Below, one piece after another: positions 1-8,945 of a DNA stretch of 64,000 bases. Both the position numbers and the translations under genes were made by a program. The first letter of the stretch is position 1; each line of letters starts with the position of its first letter. A model generated the notes under the pieces. The model had not been told where the DNA came from and ran no database searches. It saw nothing but the letters and a program-made list of their open reading frames with translations. Source of the stretch: Minisyncoccia bacterium (GTDB lineage: Bacteria; Patescibacteriota; Minisyncoccia; Phycocordibacterales; UBA918); the NCBI GenBank assembly GCA_041738755.1, contig JBGSPE010000005.1, positions 207,872-271,871 on the forward strand, given 5' to 3'.

Positions 1-936
1 CGACTATTACGACGAGCTGTTCGGTATGCTGATAAACTTGCCATTCCAGCAGGAAAATTTGCAGAGCTAGCCAAAAGTGTTATCGCAACCTACCAAGCCC
101 ACTATCCAAACCTCAAAGAAAAGGAAGCTGAGATTATCGCAGCTATTAGTCTTGAAGAAGAACAATTCCGTAAAACCCTTGAAAATGGACTCAAGGAATT
201 TAAAAAAGTCTCCCTACAAATCCATCTGCAATCATCGGTGGTTGATGGTAAAAAAGTAGTCGATAAGACGCAGACTCCCGTAACCAAAAAAGCCATCAGT
301 GCTCAAAATGCCTTTAATCTCTTTACAACGTTTGGTTTTCCAATTGAATTGACTGAGGAAATCGCTGCTGAGTCTGACCTGATTGTAGACCGAATTGGTT
401 TTGAAGCTTTAATGGAAGAACACAAGGAAAAATCCCGAGCTGGAGCTGAACAAAAATTTAAAGGCGGACTGGCGGATAATTCAGAAAAAGTTATTCAACT
501 ACACACCGCTACGCACCTCATGCTCGCCGGACTTCAAAAAGAACTCGGTAGCCATATTCACCAGGCCGGTTCAAACATTACCGGTGAACGACTACGCTAT
601 GACTTTACCCACGGTGAAAAAATCACTAAAGATATTCTTGATAAAGTTGAGGAGTATGTGAACAATACTATCCAAACCGGCGGACCAGTCAGTATCGAAA
701 CCATGCCAAAAGACGCAGCTCAAAAGGACCCCACCATTGAAGCCAGCTTCTGGGATCGATATCCCGACGAGGTGAAGGTTTATACGATGAAAACATACGA
801 CGGTACCGTCGTATCACGAGAACTCTGTGGTGGGCCACACGTTGAAAAACTGGAAGATGTGCAAGGCACCTTCAAAATCATAAAAGAAGAGTCATCTTCT
901 GCCGGTGTACGTCGAATCAAAGCGATTCTTGAGTAA
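1..936 (+). CDS. alaS: alanyl-tRNA synthetase, C-terminal part (5' end outside window)
   Basis: Frame 1 is open from base 1. The translation reads ...YADKLAIPAGKFAELAKSVIATYQAHYPNLKEKEAEII.., then editing-domain motifs HxxxH (HTATHLMLAG) and CGGPHV. The 77..259 ORF in the track is a frame shadow. Confidence 0.85.
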   Translation, partial: RLLRRAVRYADKLAIPAGKFAELAKSVIATYQAHYPNLKEKEAEIIAAISLEEEQFRKTLENGLKEFKKVSLQIHLQSSVVDGKKVVDKTQTPVTKKAISAQNAFNLFTTFGFPIELTEEIAAESDLIVDRIGFEALMEEHKEKSRAGAEQKFKGGLADNSEKVIQLHTATHLMLAGLQKELGSHIHQAGSNITGERLRYDFTHGEKITKDILDKVEEYVNNTIQTGGPVSIETMPKDAAQKDPTIEASFWDRYPDEVKVYTMKTYDGTVVSRELCGGPHVEKLEDVQGTFKIIKEESSSAGVRRIKAILE

Positions 937-997
937 CTATCCCCGTAATCAAACTAATGGCGGAAGTTTGAAAACAACATAGTTGTATAATACAGCT

Positions 998-2221
998 ATG
1001 TTTTTTTCTTCTCAGCGTGAGTCCGAACGGTATGGCGTTATTGTCGACATTGGTTCAGGGAGTGTGTTGGCTGCGATTATTCATTCTGACGAGAGTAAAG
1101 CAACTCCAACTATCGTCTGGTCACACCGTGAGCACGCTCCATTGAAAACCATCGCCAGCGTTGAAGAGAGTGCCAAAGCTGTCATGACCGCACTCATGCA
1201 AGTCCTTATGTTACTTGATAGCGAAGGTCGTCGCGCGCTTAAGGAGTACAAATCAAGCGCAAAAATAGGAGAAATTCAATATTGTATTAGCGCACCGTGG
1301 GCGTACACCATTACCAAAACTATTTCCTACACCGAAGACACTGAATTCGAGATTACAAGTGAACTTTTGGAAGAGCTAGAAATGGCTGCCGAACAAAAAA
1401 CGAACGTTGAACTATCGCAAAGTGATTCGGTGAGTCAACTAGGTCTTAGTATTGTGGCCCGTACGACGATGGATTTGTCAGTCAATGGCTACCAGATAAA
1501 AGACCCGTTACATAAGAAGGCCACCACGTTGGCTTTGGCTCATGCCAGCGTCATCACACAACAGTACCTCATCAACGAAATCGATGAACTACAGTCTAAA
1601 CTGTTTCCAGAAGCTTCCAGCAAAAAGCTGTCCTATATGTTGGCACTCTATTGTATTTCGCAAGACTTTATACCAAAAATTGAAGATGTTTGTTTAGTCG
1701 ATATTACGTACGAAGCAACTGAAATAGGTATTGTTCGAGACAAAACACTTCGCTACTCAACCCACACACCATATGGAAGCTTTTCACTTGCCCGAGAAAT
1801 TGCCCACGTTACGGGCGCTCCTGTTCATGAAGCATTTGGATATTTACATGAAGAAACTGCCTTTGCGTTCATGGAGACTCTCCCAGTCAAGCACAAAGAA
1901 GAAGTGGAGCAAATATTTGAAGCATATATTGAACGTGTTACTGCACTATTCCACGAAACGGGTGATGCGCTTTCGATACCAAAACGCCTACTGGTCCATA
2001 CTTATGCCCAGTCTGAATCACTGTTTTGTGAACTTATCGAAAAGGCTGCTAAAAGAGCGGTCAAATCGAATCCAATAATAACCCTCCTTACCAGTAAGTT
2101 ACTGGCTGAGATTACGATTGCTAACAAAGATGCTTCTTGTCACTTCAATGACACCGCTATGTTGTCGTCGGCTCAGTTTTTCCACAAACGCAATCACTGC
2201 CATAGCTTTGAGTACTTATAA
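998..2221 (+). CDS. actin-like (ASKHA superfamily, FtsA/PilM-like) ATPase, hypothetical
   Basis: It has two phosphate-binding motifs about 220 aa apart, VIVDIGSGSV and VCLVDITYEATEIGIV. I place the start at ATG 998 because TGTATAAT at 984-991 sits 7 nt upstream, giving a leaderless mRNA. The track's TTG at 983 is inside that -10 box. Confidence 0.5.
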   Translation: MFFSSQRESERYGVIVDIGSGSVLAAIIHSDESKATPTIVWSHREHAPLKTIASVEESAKAVMTALMQVLMLLDSEGRRALKEYKSSAKIGEIQYCISAPWAYTITKTISYTEDTEFEITSELLEELEMAAEQKTNVELSQSDSVSQLGLSIVARTTMDLSVNGYQIKDPLHKKATTLALAHASVITQQYLINEIDELQSKLFPEASSKKLSYMLALYCISQDFIPKIEDVCLVDITYEATEIGIVRDKTLRYSTHTPYGSFSLAREIAHVTGAPVHEAFGYLHEETAFAFMETLPVKHKEEVEQIFEAYIERVTALFHETGDALSIPKRLLVHTYAQSESLFCELIEKAAKRAVKSNPIITLLTSKLLAEITIANKDASCHFNDTAMLSSAQFFHKRNHCHSFEYL

Positions 2222-2239
2222 AAGGCTATACTATACAAT

Positions 2240-3571
2240 ATGAATCAAAAATGGAATCTCCAAGATATTCGTCCAGCTGAACCGAGACGTCAACGCACTG
2301 CGGTACCCCCGACCGAACGACCGAGCATGCAGCCGCGCAGTGAACAAGCGGTACCGGTAGAACGAGAAGAAATACCAACCATCATCATTCAAGATGGCAC
2401 CAAAAAAGAATCCAAGCGAGTTATTATCTCGATAGTATTATTTGTGGTGATTGTCGGAGGCGCACTTGGTTTGAGTGCTATGTTAGGAAAAACTGAACTA
2501 ACTATCTATCCAGAGTTCAGAGAGCCAAATATCAGCAGTGAATTCACTGCCTATCCAGACAAGCGAACAGATTCCCTCAGTTACGAAATCATGACCCTCG
2601 AAGCAACGAGCGAAAGTCAGATTGCTGCCAGCGGTGAAATCGAAGTCCAAGAAAAGGCGCAAGGAACCATTGAAATTCTCAAGACCACACCAGGAGCAGA
2701 ACGATTGATTGCCAATACCCGGTTTCGTTCACCGGATGGTCTTATTTTCCGAATCCCTGAAGCAATTGTCGTCCCTGGAGCTGTAACCGACGGTTCAGGT
2801 ACCTCCGTACCAGGCTCTATTCAAGCAACGGTGGTCGCTGATGCCGTGGGGGAACAATACAACCTAGCCGCCGGAACGCGTTTTGATGTACCAGGCTTTC
2901 AAGAAAGTGGACTGGATGATTTATACAGTGCTATTTATGCACAGAATGGAGCGGCCTTCACTGGCGGGTTTGATGGTCCACAATTTAAGATTGATGAGGC
3001 AAATTTAGCGACCGCGAGACAAGGTCTCCAAGTAGCCCTACGAGATCAGTTATTGGCTCGAATTGAAAGTGAAAAACCAACAGGCTTTGTTACCTTCGAC
3101 GGTGCAGTAACGATTACCTATAACCAACTTCCAGCAGTAGAGTACGGTAATGATTTGGTAACTATCCGCGAACAAGCAGTACTGCAAATTCCGCTCTTCA
3201 ATGCCAGTGAATTTGGTAGTTTCTTGGCTAAAGAGGCAGTCGCTACCTATAGCGGTGGTCCCGTTCGTGTTGATGACATCAAGGCTCTCACCTTCGCCTA
3301 CACCTCAGCCTCTACCAGCTTCAGCGTTATCGCCAATGAACCGTCCCTCACATTCCGATTAACTGGAAAGCCACTCCTGATTTGGGAATATGACGCAGAA
3401 AAACTCCGGGGTGACTTGGCTGGACTACCAAAAACTGCTATCAATAATGCTATTACGGGATACCCAGGAATTGAAGGGGCAAAAGTCAGTGTGACACCGT
3501 TTTGGAAGCGAAGTTTCCCAAGCAATCCTGAAGATATCCGTATTATCGAGGAATTGAAAGCAGTTGAATAA
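2240..3571 (+). CDS. hypothetical single-pass membrane protein with large extracytoplasmic domain
   Basis: 443 aa. A P/R/E-rich N-terminal tail is followed by a TM segment, IISIVLFVVIVGGALGL. I recognise no catalytic motif. Confidence 0.5.
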   Translation: MNQKWNLQDIRPAEPRRQRTAVPPTERPSMQPRSEQAVPVEREEIPTIIIQDGTKKESKRVIISIVLFVVIVGGALGLSAMLGKTELTIYPEFREPNISSEFTAYPDKRTDSLSYEIMTLEATSESQIAASGEIEVQEKAQGTIEILKTTPGAERLIANTRFRSPDGLIFRIPEAIVVPGAVTDGSGTSVPGSIQATVVADAVGEQYNLAAGTRFDVPGFQESGLDDLYSAIYAQNGAAFTGGFDGPQFKIDEANLATARQGLQVALRDQLLARIESEKPTGFVTFDGAVTITYNQLPAVEYGNDLVTIREQAVLQIPLFNASEFGSFLAKEAVATYSGGPVRVDDIKALTFAYTSASTSFSVIANEPSLTFRLTGKPLLIWEYDAEKLRGDLAGLPKTAINNAITGYPGIEGAKVSVTPFWKRSFPSNPEDIRIIEELKAVE

Positions 3572-3601
3572 CTATTATCAACAGTTTTACCGCCACTTTA
3601 G

Positions 3602-3630
3602 TTGACGGTGTCTTATATATTTGATAGACT
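3602..3630 (+). promoter_or_regulatory. sigma70-like promoter for the infA/ribosomal operon (TTGACG-17-TAGACT)
   Basis: -35 at 3602-3607, a 17-nt spacer, -10 at 3625-3630. It lies 12 nt upstream of the infA ATG, so the leader is short. Confidence 0.5.
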
Positions 3631-3642
3631 CAGCCTCGTTTA

Positions 3643-3870
3643 ATGGATCAAGAGATTACAGCAGTTAAGGACGACCTTGTATATGGGATTGTGGAGGAAG
3701 CTCTACCCAATGCGCTTTTTCGTGTCAAAGTTGAGGGAGCAGATTCACTTCTGCTTGCGTACCTCTCGGGCCGAATGCGTAAGTTTCGTATTAGAGTTCT
3801 CGTAGGCGACAAAGTTGGTATGGTCACTGATCCGTACGGAGGGAAAGCCAGAATCACAAAGCGTATATAA
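3643..3870 (+). CDS. infA: translation initiation factor IF-1
   Basis: 75 aa containing GIVEEALPNALFRVKVEGADSLLLAYLSGRMRKFRIRVLVGDKV, the canonical IF-1 S1-like fold sequence. Confidence 0.95.
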   Translation: MDQEITAVKDDLVYGIVEEALPNALFRVKVEGADSLLLAYLSGRMRKFRIRVLVGDKVGMVTDPYGGKARITKRI

Positions 3871-3879
3871 CCATTATTT

Positions 3880-3996
3880 ATGAAAGTTCGATCATCAGTC
3901 AAAAAAATGAGTCCCGATGACAAAATCGTCAAACGACGTGGAGTTGTTTTCGTTATTAACAAAAAGAAGCCTCGACATAAGCAACGACAAGGATAA
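3880..3996 (+). CDS. rpmJ: ribosomal protein L36 (zinc-free C-minus form)
   Basis: A 38-aa ORF absent from the track: [38 protein letters not shown]. It aligns to L36, with the zinc ligands C11, C14 and C27 replaced by S, D and N. Its position after infA is canonical. Confidence 0.85.
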   Translation: MKVRSSVKKMSPDDKIVKRRGVVFVINKKKPRHKQRQG

Positions 3997-3998
3997 GT

Positions 3999-4376
3999 AT
4001 GAGAATTTCAGGTATCAATATTCCAGATGGTAAGCAACTTGCCTACGCACTGACTGCAGTATACGGAGTAGGACTTTCACGGTCTAAGAGTATTCTTGAC
4101 GAACTCTCTATCGCTCACACTAAGAAGCCGACTGATCTTACCACCGAAGAAGAGAACGCAATCCGTGAAAAGGTTGAAGCATTCCGAATCGAAGGAGAAC
4201 TTAAGCGAGAAGTTGCTGCCAATGTAAAGCGACTCAAGGACATTAGCTCATACCGTGGCTCACGTCACGCGAAGCGCCTTCCAGCTCGTGGACAACGAAC
4301 CAAAACAAATTCACGTACCTTAAAGGGTGCTAAGAAGACTATGGGTAGTGGACGACGTAAGTTAGAAAAGACTTAA
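3999..4376 (+). CDS. rpsM: ribosomal protein S13
   Basis: MRISGINIPDGKQLAYALTAVYGVG...SYRGSRHAKRLPARGQRTKTN. Confidence 0.95.
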   Translation: MRISGINIPDGKQLAYALTAVYGVGLSRSKSILDELSIAHTKKPTDLTTEEENAIREKVEAFRIEGELKREVAANVKRLKDISSYRGSRHAKRLPARGQRTKTNSRTLKGAKKTMGSGRRKLEKT

Positions 4377-4408
4377 AATTATTACTAATCATTGTATCGT
4401 AACGACAT

Positions 4409-4840
4409 ATGGGTAAGAAACGTATCATGAAGAAAAGTGGAGGGTCTGATGTGGCTGGAACGTCACGGGCTCTTAACCGTATCCCTAAGCGAAAGCTAGC
4501 GAGCGGAAAGCTAAACATCTTAGCGACTTTTAATAACACTTTGGTCACCCTCTGTGATCCAAAAGGAAACACTGTAATGGCCGCATCAAGTGGAGCATTA
4601 GGGTTTAAAGGTTCACGAAAAAGTACACCATTTGCTGCGGCAAAAGTCGGTGAAATTATCGGTGAAAAGGCTCAACAAATGGGTATGAAGGAAGCTGAAG
4701 TTGTAGTCCGAGGAGTAGGTGCTGGACGAGAGTCTGCCCTCCGAGCCTTTTCTGGGAAGGGAATTGGTATTACCAAAATCACCGACATGACACCGGTACC
4801 ATTTAATGGTCCACGGGCACCTAAGCCACGTCGAGTATAG
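4409..4840 (+). CDS. rpsK: ribosomal protein S11
   Basis: ILATFNNTLVTLCDPKGNTVMAASSGALGFKGSRKSTPFAA...; the true start may be an internal Met. Confidence 0.93.
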   Translation: MGKKRIMKKSGGSDVAGTSRALNRIPKRKLASGKLNILATFNNTLVTLCDPKGNTVMAASSGALGFKGSRKSTPFAAAKVGEIIGEKAQQMGMKEAEVVVRGVGAGRESALRAFSGKGIGITKITDMTPVPFNGPRAPKPRRV

Positions 4841-4850
4841 TAATTAGCGT

Positions 4851-5465
4851 ATGATAATCGGTCCAAAATTTAAAATTGCCAAGCGTCTTGGCGCCCCAAT
4901 CTTCGAAAAGACCCAAACTGCAAAGTTTGAGCTCTCTGTTGCACGTTCAGCCAACAAGCGAACTAACCGTCGTCCTGGTCAAGCGAGTGACTACAAGCGT
5001 CAGCTCATCGAAAAGCAAAAGATGCGGTTTACGTACGGTATTACCGAAAAGCAACTCCGACGCTACGTTGATGAATCAATTGCCAAGAAAGGTCACCAAC
5101 CAATCGCCCTTTTGATGGATCGACTTGAAACTCGACTTGATAACGTTGTGTACCGAATGGGTATCGCTAAAACCCGTCGTCTCGCTCGACAAATTGTTTC
5201 TCATGGTCACATCATTGTGAATGGGAAGCGATTGAACGTCCCTTCACACAAAGTTCGCGTAGGAGACGTTATTTCTATCCGTGAGGGTAGCAAGTCAAGT
5301 GCTCTCTTTGTCGGACTTAAAGAAACACATGAAGCTGTTGCGCTTCCAAACTGGGTTACTTTTGACCCAAAGAAACTAGAAGGGAAGGTAGCAGGAGCCC
5401 CGATTTATAACCCGTCTGAGACGCTCTTTGATCCAGAGCAGGTAATGGAATACTACAGTCGATAG
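4851..5465 (+). CDS. rpsD: ribosomal protein S4
   Basis: 204 aa; ...RLDNVVYRMGIAKTRRLARQIVSHGHIIVNGKRLNVPSHKV... Confidence 0.93.
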   Translation: MIIGPKFKIAKRLGAPIFEKTQTAKFELSVARSANKRTNRRPGQASDYKRQLIEKQKMRFTYGITEKQLRRYVDESIAKKGHQPIALLMDRLETRLDNVVYRMGIAKTRRLARQIVSHGHIIVNGKRLNVPSHKVRVGDVISIREGSKSSALFVGLKETHEAVALPNWVTFDPKKLEGKVAGAPIYNPSETLFDPEQVMEYYSR

Positions 5466-5502
5466 GAAGAGATTTATTAATTAACTACGTTCAAAAATAA
5501 GT

Positions 5503-6468
5503 ATGTTAGAAACAAATGTAACTCTACCCTCAAAGCCTCGAGTAGTACATGAAGAAGAAAACCGAGGAACCTTTGAAATCGACGGTCTTTTTCCAGGCTA
5601 CGGGCACACCCTTGGTAACTCACTCCGACGAATCATCCTTTCATCTCTTCCAGGAGCTGCTATCACCCAAGTCAAAATTGATGGTGTAGAGCACGAATTC
5701 TCAGCCATGGACGGTGTTAAAGAAGACGTTATTGTCATTCTTTTAAACCTAAGACGAGTACGGCTTGCACTTCATAGCGACGAACCAGTGACTGTCTCAA
5801 TCAAGAAGAGTGGTATTGGTGTGATTACAGCTGCAGATATCACAGCGCCGAGTCAAGTTGAAATCCTCAACCCAGACCAAATCATTGCTGAAATCACAAA
5901 CAAGAACACAAAGTTCGACATGGAGATGACTATTGAGAAAGGTCTTGGATATGTCCCACGTGAAGTACACCAAAAAGACAAGATGAGTATCGGTGCGATT
6001 GCTATGGATGCAGTGTTCACTCCAATCCGACGTGCCAACTACGAAGTTGAGAACATGCGTGTTGGTGACCGAACTGACTACAACCGACTTCGCATCACCA
6101 TCGAAACTGATGGTACCTACTCAGCCCGTGAAGCGCTTGAGAAATCAATCGAAATCATGATTCACCAATTGAAGTCAATCATTGGCTTCCAGGATGAACA
6201 GCATCACAATGCAGCCGTTCCAGCAGCAGAGTCAGCTGAAGCGCCAAAGACCGAAGAACCTAACCAAGAAGTCCTTAAAACTCGTATCGAAACACTTGAT
6301 CTTACCAGCCGAACTCTCCAAGCTTTGGAGGCTGCATCTATCCGAACTATCGGAGGGCTTGTGCGAAAGAAAAAAGATGATATTCTAGCGCTCGACGGCA
6401 TTGGACCAAAAGGGCTTGAAGAAATCGTTGAGATGCTCGCCCGAATTAACCTCCGCCTTGAAGAATAA
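5503..6468 (+). CDS. rpoA: DNA-directed RNA polymerase alpha subunit
   Basis: 321 aa with an N-terminal dimerisation domain (GHTLGNSLRRILLSSLPGAA) and the C-terminal alpha-CTD HhH (LSVRSLNCLKK-like RTLQALEAASIRTIGGLV). Confidence 0.95.
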   Translation: MLETNVTLPSKPRVVHEEENRGTFEIDGLFPGYGHTLGNSLRRIILSSLPGAAITQVKIDGVEHEFSAMDGVKEDVIVILLNLRRVRLALHSDEPVTVSIKKSGIGVITAADITAPSQVEILNPDQIIAEITNKNTKFDMEMTIEKGLGYVPREVHQKDKMSIGAIAMDAVFTPIRRANYEVENMRVGDRTDYNRLRITIETDGTYSAREALEKSIEIMIHQLKSIIGFQDEQHHNAAVPAAESAEAPKTEEPNQEVLKTRIETLDLTSRTLQALEAASIRTIGGLVRKKKDDILALDGIGPKGLEEIVEMLARINLRLEE

Positions 6469-6473
6469 TCTGT

Positions 6474-6830
6474 ATGAGACACGCAAACAAAAACCGAACC
6501 CTCAGTCGACCCCGAAGTCAACGCACTGCTTTGATCCGCGGTTTGGCTGTGTCTCTCATCCGAGATGGACAAATCAAGACAACCTTTGCTAAGGCAAAAG
6601 AACTCCAACCACGAATCGAGCGTCTCGTTACTCACGCTAAGGCTGATACTGTAGCTGCACGACGGCTCGTAGCATCACGTCTTGGTGAACCAAAAGATAA
6701 CACGATCACTAAGCTTTTTACGGATATCGCACCACGATTCAAAGAACGAAATGGTGGCTACACCCGAGTCGTAAAGCTTGGTAACACCTCTCCTGGTCGA
6801 GAAGAGGCGATTATTGCTTTTGTTGAATAG
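6474..6830 (+). CDS. rplQ: ribosomal protein L17
   Basis: MRHANKNRTLSRPRSQRTALIRGL...; canonical position after rpoA. Confidence 0.93.
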   Translation: MRHANKNRTLSRPRSQRTALIRGLAVSLIRDGQIKTTFAKAKELQPRIERLVTHAKADTVAARRLVASRLGEPKDNTITKLFTDIAPRFKERNGGYTRVVKLGNTSPGREEAIIAFVE

Positions 6831-6832
6831 AT

Positions 6833-7204
6833 TTGTATATGAAAAAAGTAAACACCATCACCTCAACCTACACAATCGATGCCGCTGGCAAGCGTCTTGG
6901 TACTATTGCAACTGAAGCCGCATCAGTCTTGATTGGTAAGAACGACCCAAACTTTGCTCGTCACATCATGAGCGAAGTTCGAGTAGAAATTAAAAACGCC
7001 AGCAAGATGGACATCCCAGAAAAGAAGAAGTCTGAGATTTACCAAAGCTACTCAGGTTGGCCAGGAGGTCGGAAGACCGAAACGCTTATCCACCTCGCAG
7101 AACGAATTAGCTACGGGGAAGTAATGCAACGAACCATCGCTGGAATGCTTCCAAACAACAAGCACAAGAAGCGTCTCCTGCACAACTTATCAATCAGCGA
7201 ATAA
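6833..7204 (+). CDS. rplM: ribosomal protein L13
   Basis: TYTIDAAGKRLGTIATEAASVLIGKNDPNF... followed by rpsI, the conserved L13-S9 pair. Confidence 0.9.
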   Translation: MYMKKVNTITSTYTIDAAGKRLGTIATEAASVLIGKNDPNFARHIMSEVRVEIKNASKMDIPEKKKSEIYQSYSGWPGGRKTETLIHLAERISYGEVMQRTIAGMLPNNKHKKRLLHNLSISE

Positions 7205-7208
7205 TCGT

Positions 7209-7619
7209 ATGTCAGCTACTAAAAAATCAGTATACGTAGAAGGAATCGGTCGTCGTAAAACTGCGACAGCTCGAGTTCGTCTTACCCCAGCAAGCGAAAC
7301 AACGATTCTCGTCAACGACAAGAAGCTCACGGACTACTTTGGTAACCTTGGTCACCAAAAGGACGTGCAGTCAGTGCTTGATACCAAAGATGCAGGAATC
7401 GAAGACTACAGCATCACGGCTCATGTTTCAGGCGGTGGTATCTCATCACAAGCTGAAGCAATCCGACTTGGTATCGCTCGAGCCCTCGTGAAGGAAAAGG
7501 CAACTCGCCGAAGCCCACTGAAGGCCGGAGGATTCCTTATGCGAGATCCGCGTTCAGTAGAACGAAAGAAGTTTGGACTTAGGAAAGCTCGAAAGCGCCC
7601 AGCCTGGAGTAAGCGCTAA
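7209..7619 (+). CDS. rpsI: ribosomal protein S9
   Basis: C-terminus ...GGGISSQAEAIRLGIARAL...KAGGFLMRDPRSVERKKFGLRKARKRPAWSKR. Confidence 0.95.
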   Translation: MSATKKSVYVEGIGRRKTATARVRLTPASETTILVNDKKLTDYFGNLGHQKDVQSVLDTKDAGIEDYSITAHVSGGGISSQAEAIRLGIARALVKEKATRRSPLKAGGFLMRDPRSVERKKFGLRKARKRPAWSKR

Positions 7620-7650
7620 ATACAGGCACATTACTTCGTTGGCCTACGAA

Positions 7651-7697
7651 AAAAGACCCTTGCTGGACACCACGTCCCACTCGGGTCTTTTTTCTTG
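7651..7697 (+). terminator. rho-independent terminator after the ribosomal operon
   Basis: AAAAGACCC...GGGTCTTTTTTCTTG, a GC stem with a nested inner stem (GGAC/GTCC) and a U tract. Confidence 0.7.
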
Positions 7698-7753
7698 TCC
7701 GCCTCGTACTGCACTCTGTATTTAGCGCTTCCTAAACACTATTATTTTCAACG

Positions 7754-8053
7754 TTAGTTAGTATCTAAAAGCTTATATAATCTTTTCTTTAACTTTTCAG
7801 GCATAGATCCTGGAGCTTTATTTTGATTTTCATATCTTTTAAGTATTTGAATTTCATCATCTTTTTTACCTTCTTTGTTATATATAATTGCGAGCTGCTC
7901 ATAATACCAAGGAGCAACACCCCAGCCTTCCCGCTCATCTTCCATTTCAGTAGCTTCCACGCATTTTAATAAAATCTCAATCGCTTCAGTGTACTTACCA
8001 TCCTTTTTTAGTTTTTTGATTGTTTCTACGTATTTTACATAATCCATGTACAT
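7754..8053 (-). CDS. hypothetical small helical protein in a low-GC islet (possibly TPR-like)
   Basis: 99 aa, K/E-rich, with GWGVAPWYYEQLAIIYNKEG. The local GC is much lower than the flanks. TATAAT lies immediately upstream, so the likely start is the third Met and the mRNA leaderless. Confidence 0.45.
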   Translation of the reverse strand: MYMDYVKYVETIKKLKKDGKYTEAIEILLKCVEATEMEDEREGWGVAPWYYEQLAIIYNKEGKKDDEIQILKRYENQNKAPGSMPEKLKKRLYKLLDTN

Positions 8054-8290
8054 TAATTATACTCGATACTTTTAAAAGTTAATCATTGGTTACCTAAAGA
8101 AAATTAAAAACCTAAACGCCCGGCAGAGCCAAACATTTTTGGTAGTCCTTGTAGTGTACACAGGGTGAACCCTGATGCGATACGAAGAGGGTAATCCCAA
8201 CCATCGATGCAAGTGACTGAAATGCACAACTACAACGTAGAGGTTTTCATCGTGCCTATTTATTATATGCCTCTCCAATTTGTCGCAAAC

Positions 8291-8319
8291 TTTACAGTAC
8301 CTCTTTTTAGATTTATAAT
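8291..8319 (+). promoter_or_regulatory. sigma70-like promoter of grpE-dnaK (TTTACA-17-TATAAT)
   Basis: -35 at 8291-8296 and -10 at 8314-8319, which predicts a TSS at or near the grpE start codon (leaderless). I saw no CIRCE element. Confidence 0.6.
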
Positions 8320-8328
8320 ACTACTTGT

Positions 8329-8922
8329 ATGGTGAATGAAATAAATGATTTTGAAGATATTGACCTTGATGTCACCAACGAAGACAACCCTGAAGACCTT
8401 GAATTATTAGATGAAGAGCAAAGCGGAGCTGATAAAATTAAAGCCCTCCGCAAAAAACTAAGCGTCTGCGAATCAGAGAAAAAATCGATTCAAGATGACG
8501 CCCAACGAAGCAAAGCGGACTTCCTCAATGCCCGAAAAAGACTCGAGGAAGAACGTATTACTGACCGATTACGAGCCAAGAAGCAACACATCGAAGAGCT
8601 TTTACCCTTATGTGACAGTTTCGAGATGGCAATGAGTAATAAAGAAGCCTGGGAGAAGGCAGATGCAGCCTGGAGAAACGGCATAGAAGGCATTTTCAGC
8701 CAATTAAAGACCTTATTGGAAGGATATGGCGTTTCCATCCATTATCCACTTCACGAGGCCTTTAACCCTCACCAGCACGAAGCACTTGGTACTGAAGTAG
8801 TCACTGATAAGAAGAATCACGACAAAGTGATGAAGGTGATCCAAAGTGGCTATACGATTACCCAAGGAGGCAAGACCGAAACCATCAGACCAGCCCGCGT
8901 AATCATTGGAACGACTGAATAA
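8329..8922 (+). CDS. grpE: nucleotide exchange factor GrpE
   Basis: An acidic N-terminus and coiled coil, then a C-terminal GrpE domain (..LLPLCDSFEMA.., ..VMKVIQSGYTITQGGKTETIRPARVIIG). Confidence 0.9.
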   Translation: MVNEINDFEDIDLDVTNEDNPEDLELLDEEQSGADKIKALRKKLSVCESEKKSIQDDAQRSKADFLNARKRLEEERITDRLRAKKQHIEELLPLCDSFEMAMSNKEAWEKADAAWRNGIEGIFSQLKTLLEGYGVSIHYPLHEAFNPHQHEALGTEVVTDKKNHDKVMKVIQSGYTITQGGKTETIRPARVIIGTTE

Positions 8923-8945
8923 TTATTATTTAAACAACTACTAGT

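Noticed and set aside
77-296. Short ORFs at 77..259 (+) and 102..296 (-)
   Set aside because: Frame shadows inside the continuous alaS reading frame, which is open from base 1.
8090-8278. 62-aa minus-strand ORF (MERHIINRHDENLYVVVVHF...)
   Set aside because: No SD and no promoter. It lies in a structured non-coding stretch between the islet gene and the grpE promoter, and its aromatic and His-rich composition is atypical. Most likely a chance ORF.
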